Below, piece by piece: positions 40,701 through 52,700 of a DNA stretch of 64,000 nt. Position 1 is the first letter of the stretch; each line of letters starts with the position of its first letter. The notes beneath the pieces are model-generated. The model saw only the letters and a program-made list of their open reading frames with translations. It searched no databases and was not told where the DNA came from. The stretch spans positions 186,001 to 250,000 of the forward strand of contig JAQGDQ010000333.1 in assembly GCA_030141605.1 (NCBI GenBank), written 5' to 3'. Position numbers and translations under genes: made by a program. Source of the stretch: Tubiluchus corallicola. Taxonomy: Eukaryota > Animalia > Priapulida.

Positions 40701-43700
40701 CAAGACTGTAAAAATGGACAAAAGGATTGAGTAGCTGATGCAGAAGAGAATTAGTTTATAAAATTTGTTGGCTGTCATTAGTTGTTTGTATATGATTGGT
40801 TTTGTCATAGCTAAATGTCTGTCGTAGGTGACTAACATTAAATTTCCTAATGTGGATATGACGCAGAACATAGAAAAAAATGCAAAAAATGAGCAGAATC
40901 CCACTTCTGTCTTTGGATGAATCATGAGGGACATAGTAACCACTGGTGCTAGAAATCCACTGATCAGATCTGTAATGGCCAAGCAAGCAAGAAATTTATT
41001 GGTGAATGTCTGCAGTTTTTTGAATTTTCCAATGGCAATGATAACTAACAAGTTGAGAAATATAGTTAGTACACCTATGGGCACTATTATTATAATTTCT
41101 CCATTTGCCTTAAGCAGATCATATGATTTTGCTTCAAAGTTTGTGTCATCAGGTTTGGCTTCAGTCTCATTTGTTTCCTTGCTGTAGGAAATCCCAAAAC
41201 TTCCGTTTCTGCTAATAGCAATTTTAGATTCCATTTCCGTGGTAACACGCCTATAAGTTGTTTCACATTTTTGCACAAATTATGTCATCACTAATTTTCA
41301 CATATCTACTGATTTGCAAAATATGTTGTCGCAACTTTTATCCACCTTGATGATTTACAAAAGTTTCTCTCCCTCTAGATGATTTGCCAACAGTAATGTC
41401 TCTTATTTATAGCAAAGCAAGATTATTAAAGGGTAACACTTGTCAGTCAGCACATGTACTGCACATGTAGGAGTGTACGTCATAATGACCACATCAGCCA
41501 GTGAAACTCTAGAAACTTGTTTTGAAAGAAACTTTATTGTGATACCTACCTTGTTCCATTATGCAGCTTTGCAATTTTGTGTGTAAAACACAAAGGCAGT
41601 TTGCGTGTTACTGCTAAGCTATCAGAAATGGCTTTAGTTTGTTTGGTTAAGTGCACAGATCATATAGATTTTTGTGACACCTGAATGGATTTGTGAAACT
41701 CTGTCTTAGAACAAACAATTTTCTTTATTATCTTGGAAAAACAGCTAGGTTCAATCCGTTATTATGTTTTTGGGAAAGAATAAAATTTGATACAAATAAA
41801 AATCTTTTGTTATATTAGGTGTCAGGTTTTATCACTATTTTGTTCATTTTTCTTGAAGCATGGATGTCAGATTAAGTTTTTTAATGAAAAAAATTTATTT
41901 TAATCTATTAGAAACTTTTGCTAAAAATATAGTTTGAATTAAGTTTTTACATGTTTTATTCAGATTTTAAAAAAAATGAAGATTAAATGACTTCGTAAGA
42001 TAGAAACCTAAAAATTATTTTGGTTGATTTATGCAAACACTATGACTGTCAAACACAACTGAAGAACGTTCTGTACAATGTCATCTCAGTGATATGAAGT
42101 GTCTCAAGTCCTAAACACTAAGCAAAGTGCTGCTTGTTATAACAGTGCATGAGCACTGCCCTCAGTTATCTACTCCATAAAGTTTGTTGTTTGGTTATGA
42201 TTTTTATAAAGTTGGACGACTGAAGCATGATTTATATTTTAGTGCTTTAGCCCCTGCTATTTATCTGTGTACAGTAATCTTTAGCATCATGGATGTCTGC
42301 TATTTCTATCACAGGGAGTAAAACCGGTATAACCTGTCAGTTGCCACTGCTTACTGACTATCTCTGTTGATTACTTTTTCTATCTATGTTGATTTCTTTA
42401 CAATTTTGTTGTGTTATTAGTTTCTGTTGTATCTCACTCTCTTCTGTGACTGTGACCAGTGATTTTATACTTCTGTGTTTTTCCCTTGAGTTTTTTTATT
42501 AGCATTTATTATATGTATAAAACATAGCGCCTAAAAAATCAATATTAGTAATTCCATTCAGTCTTTTCCTTTTTCACCTGAAAATAAACTAGGGCGACAT
42601 TTTTCATTAATATATGAGGTGCTATATAAGGACATGAAATAAAAATTCATAGTTCATAGTGCTTCCACCACTGGCAAACAATTATATTCTCCCCTGTTTC
42701 ATACATTTCCATTAAATTCTGTCTGTTTCATGTTACAAGCTTTTTTAGCCTTGCTGGTGTGAGACTTTCAATTTGTATTTGTTATAACCTTATCTCAGAT
42801 TTCTGTTCTCAGAAACCTGAGATGTATTACAGACTATGTGTCTGCAGAGGATGCTACAGTGTTCCATATTTTTACTTTTCCTGTCTGAATGTCAATTAAC
42901 TGAACTGTTGCCGATTGTGAAAGTTCTCAAGGAACACAAAAGCGCTTGTGGTCTATGCCATGTCCAAGTGCTCATCCGCAAAATTATAGCAACAGCCCTG
43001 CCTTCACTGGCTAACATGACTTTTTATTAACAGTACAATTATTAAACAATTGTGTGCTAATAAAATTAATAAATAGTAGTAATAAAGTAGTAATAAATGG
43101 CACTATAATCATGTTAATCACTTGATAAATATACACAAAGTAATACAAAACAAATTATAGATCAGAAAATGTTATCAGTTTTATTTATGTTTCGAGCTTA
43201 AAACTGTAACTATGACACCGTTATTTCATTTTATTATTATAAGTTTAACAAACTCTGATTCTTAATGGCTAATCAGGGTTATATTGACTGTACAAAACTT
43301 GACTGTACAATCAATTACTAAATTGTTAACATTGGCTAATGCAGAAGTCTATTTGTGAACTGTGTAAGTATATTCATATGTTCACCTGATTTACAATTGA
43401 CTCTGTACTTTATTTGCAAAGCAGTGTAATTTTAGTTTTCTTTGCAGGTATTTGCGGAAGTGGTGGGCTCAGTACACTGAGAGTCATGGTGAGATGGAAG
43501 TAGCTATGCAGTTTTATGAAGCTGCTGGAGATTGGTTGTCACTTGTCCGTGTCTATTGTTACTGTGGTAACATTGACAAGGTCAGAAACTTGATGTCAAC
43601 ATTTTAGATGCATTTGCTTCGCCTGCTGACAAAAAACTTTATGTGTAAATCTTAAACTATCAATTGTGTTTTCTTTTTGCAAATTTTTTAATATTGGGTG

Positions 43701-46700
43701 TCTTACCTCATGTCTTCAACTGTATTCCCAAAAATGGCTCCGAAATTTTGTACACGGTAGTGGTTTTGTTACATTTTTGTCTACTAGTTAAACGACTATA
43801 TTGTACATCAATACTATTTAATTTCATTCATATGTAGCATTAAGCAATAACATTCCTTATAGTGCTTTTTATGTTTCCAAAGTATGCTTTTGCCATGTTC
43901 AATTTGTTTATAATTTTTTGTCAATACAAGTATGTTTTGCATAGAAATTCTGGCAAAAACCAAAACTATTGGTGAAGTCATCAACAAGAAGCAATATAAT
44001 AGATACATGCAACTTTGCTATTTTCATTTCAGTTCATTATGAAAAGTGGAAAGCCTTCTACTTTTTGAATGAGTTTCTTTTTTCTTGGTCTGCTTAATTA
44101 AATATTTGCAGTAATTTGGAATACTAGAATTTCATATTTTAATTTGTCTTGCTGGCTTGGCTTTTGAGTAAGTTTAGAGTGTGTTTTTTTCCTTTAGGCA
44201 TCAGAGATAGCAAATGAGACTGGGGATAGAGCTGCATGTTATCACTTAGCTCGACAGTTTGAAAATCAGGACAAAATAAAAGAAGCAATTCATTTCTTTA
44301 CTAGAGCACATGCATATGGAAATGCCATTCGCATTTGTAAGGTAAAGAATTGTGTAAAATGTTTCTTTTTCAATATATTTTTCTTCAATTTTGTGTTACG
44401 GAAACATCTGTATATGTGATTTAAATGATATTGTTATAACACAGCTGAAAAAAGTCTGTTTTTCATTTCACGTTACTGATTATGCAGGTCTAAAGCCATA
44501 GATGAAGGCTTTCAGTTGTTAAACATGGCACCTTACCTGCAAATGATTTATTTAACTTGTATGAATTCTGAGGTTGACTGTCATCTGAGTGCTCAATCTA
44601 GTCATCAACATTTACTTATTTATTGCTAATGAACAGCTAATTCTGGCAATAACTAACAGTACTGGGTCTGAAAGAACGTGAGTTATTGCAAAATACCAAA
44701 TTTACAGACCTGGTATAATTAACAGATTTGTAAGTGTATGTTTAAGTCCTAATTAAGCAACAACCCTGTCAGTTTGCACTGTGAGCTCCAGATCAACCTA
44801 GTAGTTGCTATATGAATTTCTGTTTTGCTTCGTACACTGATCATTTTGTAGGATAGGAAAATTATAAAATCATTAACCGTTTACATGCAAGCATGTTTTT
44901 ATTTAAATAATCTGAGAAATCACAGAAGCTATTTACTAGAAACACCTTTGTCTCCCAATTTCAGACTAGACCTGCATTGTCTGTAATAGGCCATCTATGT
45001 GGTTGTTCAAAAGCGTAACAATTAAAGGAATGATATTCAAAAGAATCAGTCAGTTTTTACTGTCAGTTAGTTTGCATATAACTATTTGTTGAAGGGGTGT
45101 CTTTTCAGTTCCAAAGTATTTCCAAAAAACGAAAACAAGCTTTGTTGCAGTGATTACGTCTTGTGTTTCTGTAAATGTAAAGGAAAAGCACAGAAAAAAG
45201 AAGTTATGGTTGCTACGAAGAAATGAAAATGGAAGCTATTAGCAAATATTTCAGGAATTAAGAGCAGAAGAGTCAAATGACTTTTTAAATTACATGCTGA
45301 TTACATCAACAATGTTTGATGACTTGCTGGATAAAATTAAAATATCACCTCTCATACAAAAGAGTAATATCCTTGTGAGAGCATGCGGGTAAATTTCATG
45401 TGTATAATACAATAATTTTTTAATATCCCACCTTTTCGGTTTCTCTATTTTTATCTCTCTGGATAAAAATCAAGACAAGGTTGATATAGTCGAACTTGAA
45501 TGACACTATCATGTCCACATGATCATTCAATACTGACAAACTCGAGAATGAGTGTTTTGAATGCTCATGTGAACGGCCTATAAGATGAATTTCTAAGTAC
45601 ATAGAGCTTACAAGACTTTTAGAAGGTTCTCCTTTGATAAAGTGTTTTACTCAAAATTAAGGAGACTTACAAAGATAGCCTCTAATCTGATGTTATGCTA
45701 TTATTCAGACCTTACTTGCATCACTGTAACTCCAACTTGTTGTTGTTGTAGCAGCACTGTTAATGAATTGTTTTTTATACAGTTTACTTTGGTTGCAAAA
45801 CACCCATTTGACCACTAGGTTATTCCTCTCTTCCCAAACTTCTTCCTGCTATTAATTGCTGTAGGCAATATTAGTATTGTTTAGTCAAAACATTAAGCAT
45901 TTACTTAAAAAATTTGGCATTCCATTCATGTAGGAGCATGCATTAGATGATCAGTTAGTCAACTTAGCACTTCTTAGTTCTCCTGAAGATATGATTGATG
46001 CAGCTCGGTATTATGAGAAGAAACCTAGCCAAAAGGACAAAGCTGTCATGTTGTACCACAAGGTTAGTCTATTCTAGGTTCCTTATTGCTAGTATTGGTA
46101 CATTCAGTAGGCAGCAGGTAATAAGCCTTTTCATAGTTTTGCTATTGGCATGCACTGTTGAGGTAAGCTCAAAGATTGAGTTATATAACTACAACAGTCA
46201 CATGACCTTATGCACGTAAATACATGTAGATGAAATGGGTGAAACACATTATTATTTTATTATCTACATGTGTACAGTTTTAAACTAACATGTTATTCTT
46301 TTCTGAAAACAGCTAGCATGTTATCACATTACTGTTATCATTTAAAGTTAGAAGAATATAACAAAGAAATTTGCAAAAAACTTTCTATTAAGCATAAATC
46401 TAAAAATACGCTACCTCTGAATAGAAATTTTCAGAGGTAGCCGCCATTCGTTTGGAAATTATGACATAACTAGCGAACTTTGTGACTTTTCGCAAGTGCA
46501 TTGTGGTTTTCTATAAGCGCGCACGGCTCAAACTAATTCAAATTTCTGCAGTTTACTTAAAATTCATGCAAAAAAACAAAATCAACCAGGGTTTTCATAT
46601 TCGCTTCAGCACTCAGATAATTAGTTCTTCTAAACAATACATATGTTCTATTCATGCATGTGTTGGGAACAAATTAGCAGTTGGTGCTAATAAAGCACTT

Positions 46701-49700
46701 CTACACATAGGTGGATAGATAGCTCTTGATCATTAATGCAGAAAATCATCAAGCTAATTTGTTGGTTTGATGGGTCTATTGTAATTCATAAAAACTTTTG
46801 TGTACTACAGGCAAAGATTGCTAAAATGTTTAATGTGTTGGCTGTATTGAATCATTAAAATAATGACGAAGTTCACATTATTATTATTATACATCATGAT
46901 GACGCAACTTGTCATCATTAAAATAATGACAAAGCTCACGTTATTAGCCTACATCATGATGACGCAACTTGTCATCATTAAAATAATGACAAAGCTCACG
47001 TTATTAGCCTACATCATGATGACACAACTTGTCATCATTAAAATAATGACAAAGCTCACGTTATTAGCCTACATCATGATGACACAACTTGTCATCATTA
47101 AAATAATGACAAAGCTCACGTTATTAGCCTATATCATGATGACGCAACTTGTCATCATTAAAATAATGACAAAGCTCATATTATTAGCCTATATCATGAT
47201 GACGCAACTTGTCATCATTAAAATGATGACAAAGCTCATGTTATTAGCCTATATCATGATGACGCAACTTGTCATCATTAAAATAATGACAAAGCTCATA
47301 TTATTAGCTTGCATCATGATGACACAACTTGTCATCATTAAAATAATGACAAAGCTCATATTATTAGCCTGCATTACGATGACACTGCTTGTCATCATTA
47401 TAATCATGACAAAGCACAGGTTATTAGCCTACATCACACTGACATGATCTTTATCTTATTTTCATGAATCTTAAAGGCCGATTCAGTGAAAAAATAGAAT
47501 TTACCTGTTGTCTGCAATGTTTTTGCTAAATTTGTCTCACTTTTTGCTTCTGAACTGAATTAAGCAACGTTATCTTTAGATGTTATGCTTGCTCGCTGCA
47601 GTGATTACAACACTGATACTGTTGCATTCATCTGCACAAAATCCTTATGTATCATTAAAGTGGACATTCTTTCGTTTTCACCAATTTCATAAAATATTTC
47701 GAACTTGGTAAAATGCTTGGTTGGTCTGTATTCAAATGTTCACAGTAAAGTTTGACGAAAGTTTCCTTGTACTTTTTCGATAAGACCAGAAACTGAGATA
47801 ATCAAACACATATGAAAAAAGTTTCAACCAACCCAAAATGCCAGTCTACAGAGGAACCGGGAAACGCCAACCATCCAGTGGGAGTCCTTCTCTCAGCTGG
47901 TTAACTGCTCCGATGCCTGAAAATTTACTCCCAGGAAATTAAACACACTTAACAAGGTTTTAAATTTATTTTAAAATTTGAGATATGAAATTTAATTAAT
48001 AATTTTTGGATTAGAGTTATAACTAGTACTTGGTTCATTATGGCAAGTGTTGGAGTAAAGTATTGCTGTGCTGTAAATTGTAATAACACAAAGAAAAGTA
48101 TCAATCCAAGAATGAATGAAGTGGCAAGAATACATTCCTTTTCATACGTTATAAAAGATTAAATTGGCATAATGTTAAATAGCATATAGCTTTATTGCCA
48201 TTGTCTTATTAAATAAATAAATAATGCTGTTTCTACTCTCATCACCTATCTAAGTCCATCACTTGTTTGCATCAATCAAAGAATGCCTCCAAAGGAAAGA
48301 GTTGTTTTGCCTGGTAAAGGAAAGCTTTAATATAATTACAACTAGGTAAATTATCAAAAGTGGAGAATGCAGAGGTGGAAGTTATTGTCGTTCTTCCCTG
48401 CCATTGTCTTCTGTTGAATATGAAATCAAAGTTACAGCATCTGTAGGACTTCAACACATAGAGAAGTAGGTAAGCCTCTATACCACAGGATGAGTTGTAA
48501 CAAAACTAATGATACAATCTGCCAGTGAGCAACAGCTAAACATAAATAACAAGATGTTTGTATGCAAATCTATCATTTAATTAGAAATATATTGAAGAAA
48601 ACATATCAAGCAGGGATTATTTCTGTTCAGATGAATTCTACCCAAGGTATTTTGGCACATAATCAATGTGTGATGGTTGTGAGACATGACAACAAACCAC
48701 CAAAATATAATTATACTTGTCTTTATTGATAAGGCGGATGGATAGGGGTTGAAATTGCTCTTAACATATTCTTGCAAAGAGCGCCTTGAATGAAACTAAT
48801 TCAAAAATTTGTAATGAATTACTGTATTTATGAAGCAACTAGTGAGAAAATTTTTATATACCTTTATTATAACAATTAAACAAATGAGTCTCTGCCCTAA
48901 ATTACTTTAAAAATCAGCAGAATGTCCCGGCCAATGACATAAATGCACCAATTTTCCCCAAATTGAGTGGAGCAATTTGTTTTTTAAAGAGCCGGCATTT
49001 CAAATTATCTGTTGTTAACTCGACCATTTTTACAATTTCCAAAAATCGGGTTTGATTAACCGGACTTTGCATTATGAGTCTAGTGCTACCAGGAACATGT
49101 GTCTTTAACATGGAGAATAATAACAATAAAATAATCTTCAAATTGTCACCATATAAGGGAGCTATTTTGTAATGTTGATCTTCTTTGTACAGAGTAACAT
49201 ATCCAACAATCCTCTCACATTCTGTAGCCACAAAAGTTCGAGTTGCAGAACTTTGAAGCCAAGGTCTCAATACCTTTGGTCTTGCATTTCCACCAGCTAT
49301 AATAGTGTCGTACTTTTCTAACTCATCATAGTCAATATTATTAAAGTCAACAATTATGTAGTCATTATTTGGTGCATACATTTTGTCCACTGCAGTTTTG
49401 TTTAGTATTCCTGACACTGTAATTGCATTGTGAGCATGATAGCTAAATCCAAACCTTTCATACATTCCTTTTAAGTGATACAGACTGTCTAATCCAATAT
49501 TGCAGATTTTGGGAAGTTGTTTTTGCAGCATTTCTATTAGAGCACCGCCAATACCTTGACGACGGACACCTTTTCTGACCAAAATAATACCAATCATGGC
49601 TATGTCATCACTAATTTGAGCTGCAAAAATGTGCCCTATAAAAATCAATCAGTTACTGTATCTAAATCTGAAAACATTTGATGATTGATCATGAAGTATT

Positions 49701-52700
49701 ATTGGAGAAGTTTATAATTGAGTGTCATTTTCCTTTAATTACAAGATTAACTTGAGTATAACCACTTCATGTTTTGTGCTGAATGTTCCACTTACCAAGA
49801 AGATTTCCTTCATTATCAATGGCACAGAGTGAACTTTGTGGATTAGTCGTCCAAAGGATGCTAATGAGTTCAGAACTTGATGTCCAGCCTTCTGCTTTTA
49901 TCATCTTGAATATTTCTTCATGCATCTCGTGTTTAGTCTGAATTATTCTGTAGTCCATTTCACTAATAGAACAGAAGCACTGTATTTAACTGCACTTCTT
50001 TTGCTAGTATTTGATTAACAGATTGACAGTACCATCATTTCTCAAAAAAAGTTTCAAGTTTCAGAAATGTAGCATTACAAAGAGGACCCAAAGGTCACCT
50101 TTCCTATATCATTCTCTGAACACCTTTCCCATGTTTTTAGGTCTTATAATTATGAAGTTATTAACTTGACCCTATTTTCTGTTTTGGCTCCTATCTTGGG
50201 CCCTGAAGGAATCCCAGCTTTTTAAAACACCAGGTGCACATTTAACCCACAATGCTTAAATACTTGTAAAAAATTGAAACAGAAGAATGGTTTGACACCC
50301 TCTGTCACTGACACCCTTGAGCAGAGATCAGCAGCCACTACATTGCTGCCCTTCCCCTGCCAAAGGCTACTTGCTCGTTGAGTTTCGTGACCCTAGTTTG
50401 CAAGGCCAACAAGTAATTAAGGGAGATATGTTTACGGAGAATGAATAAAGAAGTAAACAACTCTATGAAAATCATAGCATAATGTCAATGAAATTGAAAA
50501 ATTTTGCCTATAAGTCCACTTATAATCAATAATGCGTGAACAGTGAACATCCAACTTAGTGTCCATCTCTTTACCTGAAGCAAAGCCAGCAGCTTTTACT
50601 GAATTAAAGTTATAGGCAGACTCTGGGAATGCTATGGGTACAGAGTACAATGGGAATGACGTCAGAACAATGCAAACGTCACTGTAGCTTCTAAGCGAAA
50701 ATCTCCCAAAATGGAACCTGTAATCAACTCTTTGCCACTCTTCTTGATGGAAGTGCCTCAACATGTGGCCCACATCATCGTGTAGACCTGTCCTTGTTAT
50801 TCTTCTTTCCAAGGAGCTATATATCTCCTTCCAAGAGTCCCACCAGGTGCAGCTAGGACATTTTTATACAGGCTGTTCTGTCAAAATTTCAAAAAAAAAT
50901 CAGAAGTTGGGTCCCGGGAAAATGCCCGTTATGGGACGCCATGACCCTCCAGTGAATTATAAATATGTCTCCTACACCCACCCATCTATCTATTATCAGC
51001 AGTGCCCCCAGCCTGTTCCCAATCTGTAGAAATAAGAGGTATAAATTTTGCAAAAAAAAGAAGCCCATTTTGGAGGTATTTGGCCCCCCCTTCCTCCCGG
51101 TGGGCTCAAATAAAAAATAAACCATCAAATAGATGACACCTGATCAAAATTTAGATACAAAAAATCCGTCTGACCTTGTTTGACCAGGAGGCACTATTGG
51201 GAAAATATTGCTCCTTATGTACCTTTATGTCTTTATTGCCTGTGAGAATTTTTGAATAGACGTTGCCAAAACAGAATGATTTTGTGTCAAGATCCTCACA
51301 GTGTCAAATGTGAGCCAGGTGACGTACAACATCATGAATGCTCTAGTTTTTATAAATTAGAATTCATATTTTTATTTACTGTACAACTATTATGATAATA
51401 TACGATTTTTTAAATTATTTATTTCGGATATTCTCCTTATGTTTAATGTCAAAGTATTCTAAATTAAGGTATTTTTAATTATCATATCACCTGGTTACTA
51501 TGCAATGTGGACATTTATCAAGCCAATTCACTAGGAGCTTCAGCAATCTTATTTGCAGCTGCACTACATATATGAACTACAGACAATCAAAAACGTTAAT
51601 TATCTTAGCGATTATTAATACTATTTATTTAATTTTTTATAAATCCCGTTCCTCACTATATGTAACGCAAACCAGTTGCCAACGTTAATAAGTTAAAGCC
51701 AACAGAGTAATTATTTTAACAAGCTAAAACTGAACACTATAAGCTAAGTATGCCTAACCTGATTATCTGTAATTATATTATGTGCAGCACTTATGTAATC
51801 TGAGGTATAATCCTATGGCTACAGCAATTTATCTGCTTAACTAATTTAGCTAGCAGCCTTTGACCTTTAGTACAAAGTTACAAGATCTTTACTTTATTGC
51901 CCTTGATCACGACTAAACAGCGTTTGGCCTAAGATTATTTGATGGTGAGCTAAACCACAGCACGCACTACGTATCCAAGCAATGTTATCATTTGTTTACT
52001 GTTCGATTTCCAAACAAATAATTTGCCAATGTATTTTCATCAAGAAATTTATATTTTCAATGTATTACACATAATGCTGTTCACATTTCTGTGAACATAA
52101 AATGCATACATATGTATTATATTAGCAGGTGATTTTACAGAAACTTTAATTATTTCTGGAATGTTTTTAGTTTCAGTCTACAGAAGTAAAAACAATAGTG
52201 GATGTTCTTGACTTTACAGAAACTGTGATAAGCTTCTGTGATAGAAGATGCTTTAAGAGGCAGCTTTTATTGTGTATTTACAAATAAAAATGATTCCCAA
52301 AATAATGTGGATGTGACTCATACCAGTCAATTTGCCTCACTGAGGCCTTTCATTTGAAGTACTACAACATACTATTGCCTGGCACTGGATGAATTGTATC
52401 CCTGACCTCTAATACCAGTTTTTGCCAACCAGGGGGGCTACAGCTTGAAGCAATCTGGGCTTAGGCCATCCCATTCAATTCGTCTCACCAAGACCTTTCA
52501 TTTGATGACCATAAGATATTAAAATTGCAACATGTTAATTTAACCTGTCATTTTGGGGTCAACGGTCAATAAATATGGGCGTGACTCATGCCACCTAATT
52601 ACGCACAAGCATTGGTGTCCCTGACGCCCTTGATTTTGGTTTTGCCCATTACCGAAAATTTTTTCCATGCGCAAATCGCTCATATTCAGCCATTCACAAT

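Noticed and set aside
41235-41276. N-terminal extension of the GPCR in the ORF track
   Set aside because: Starts at GTG; the first ATG is at 41234.
46863-47447. 194-aa repetitive hydrophobic ORF, or a CRISPR-like array
   Set aside because: The open frame follows from a 60-bp unit lacking a stop in one frame. Units have no unique spacers, there are no cas genes, and the DNA is eukaryotic.
50432-50812. 126-aa minus-strand ORF as a possible third nested gene
   Set aside because: No recognisable motifs or splice structure; adjacent to repeat sequence.
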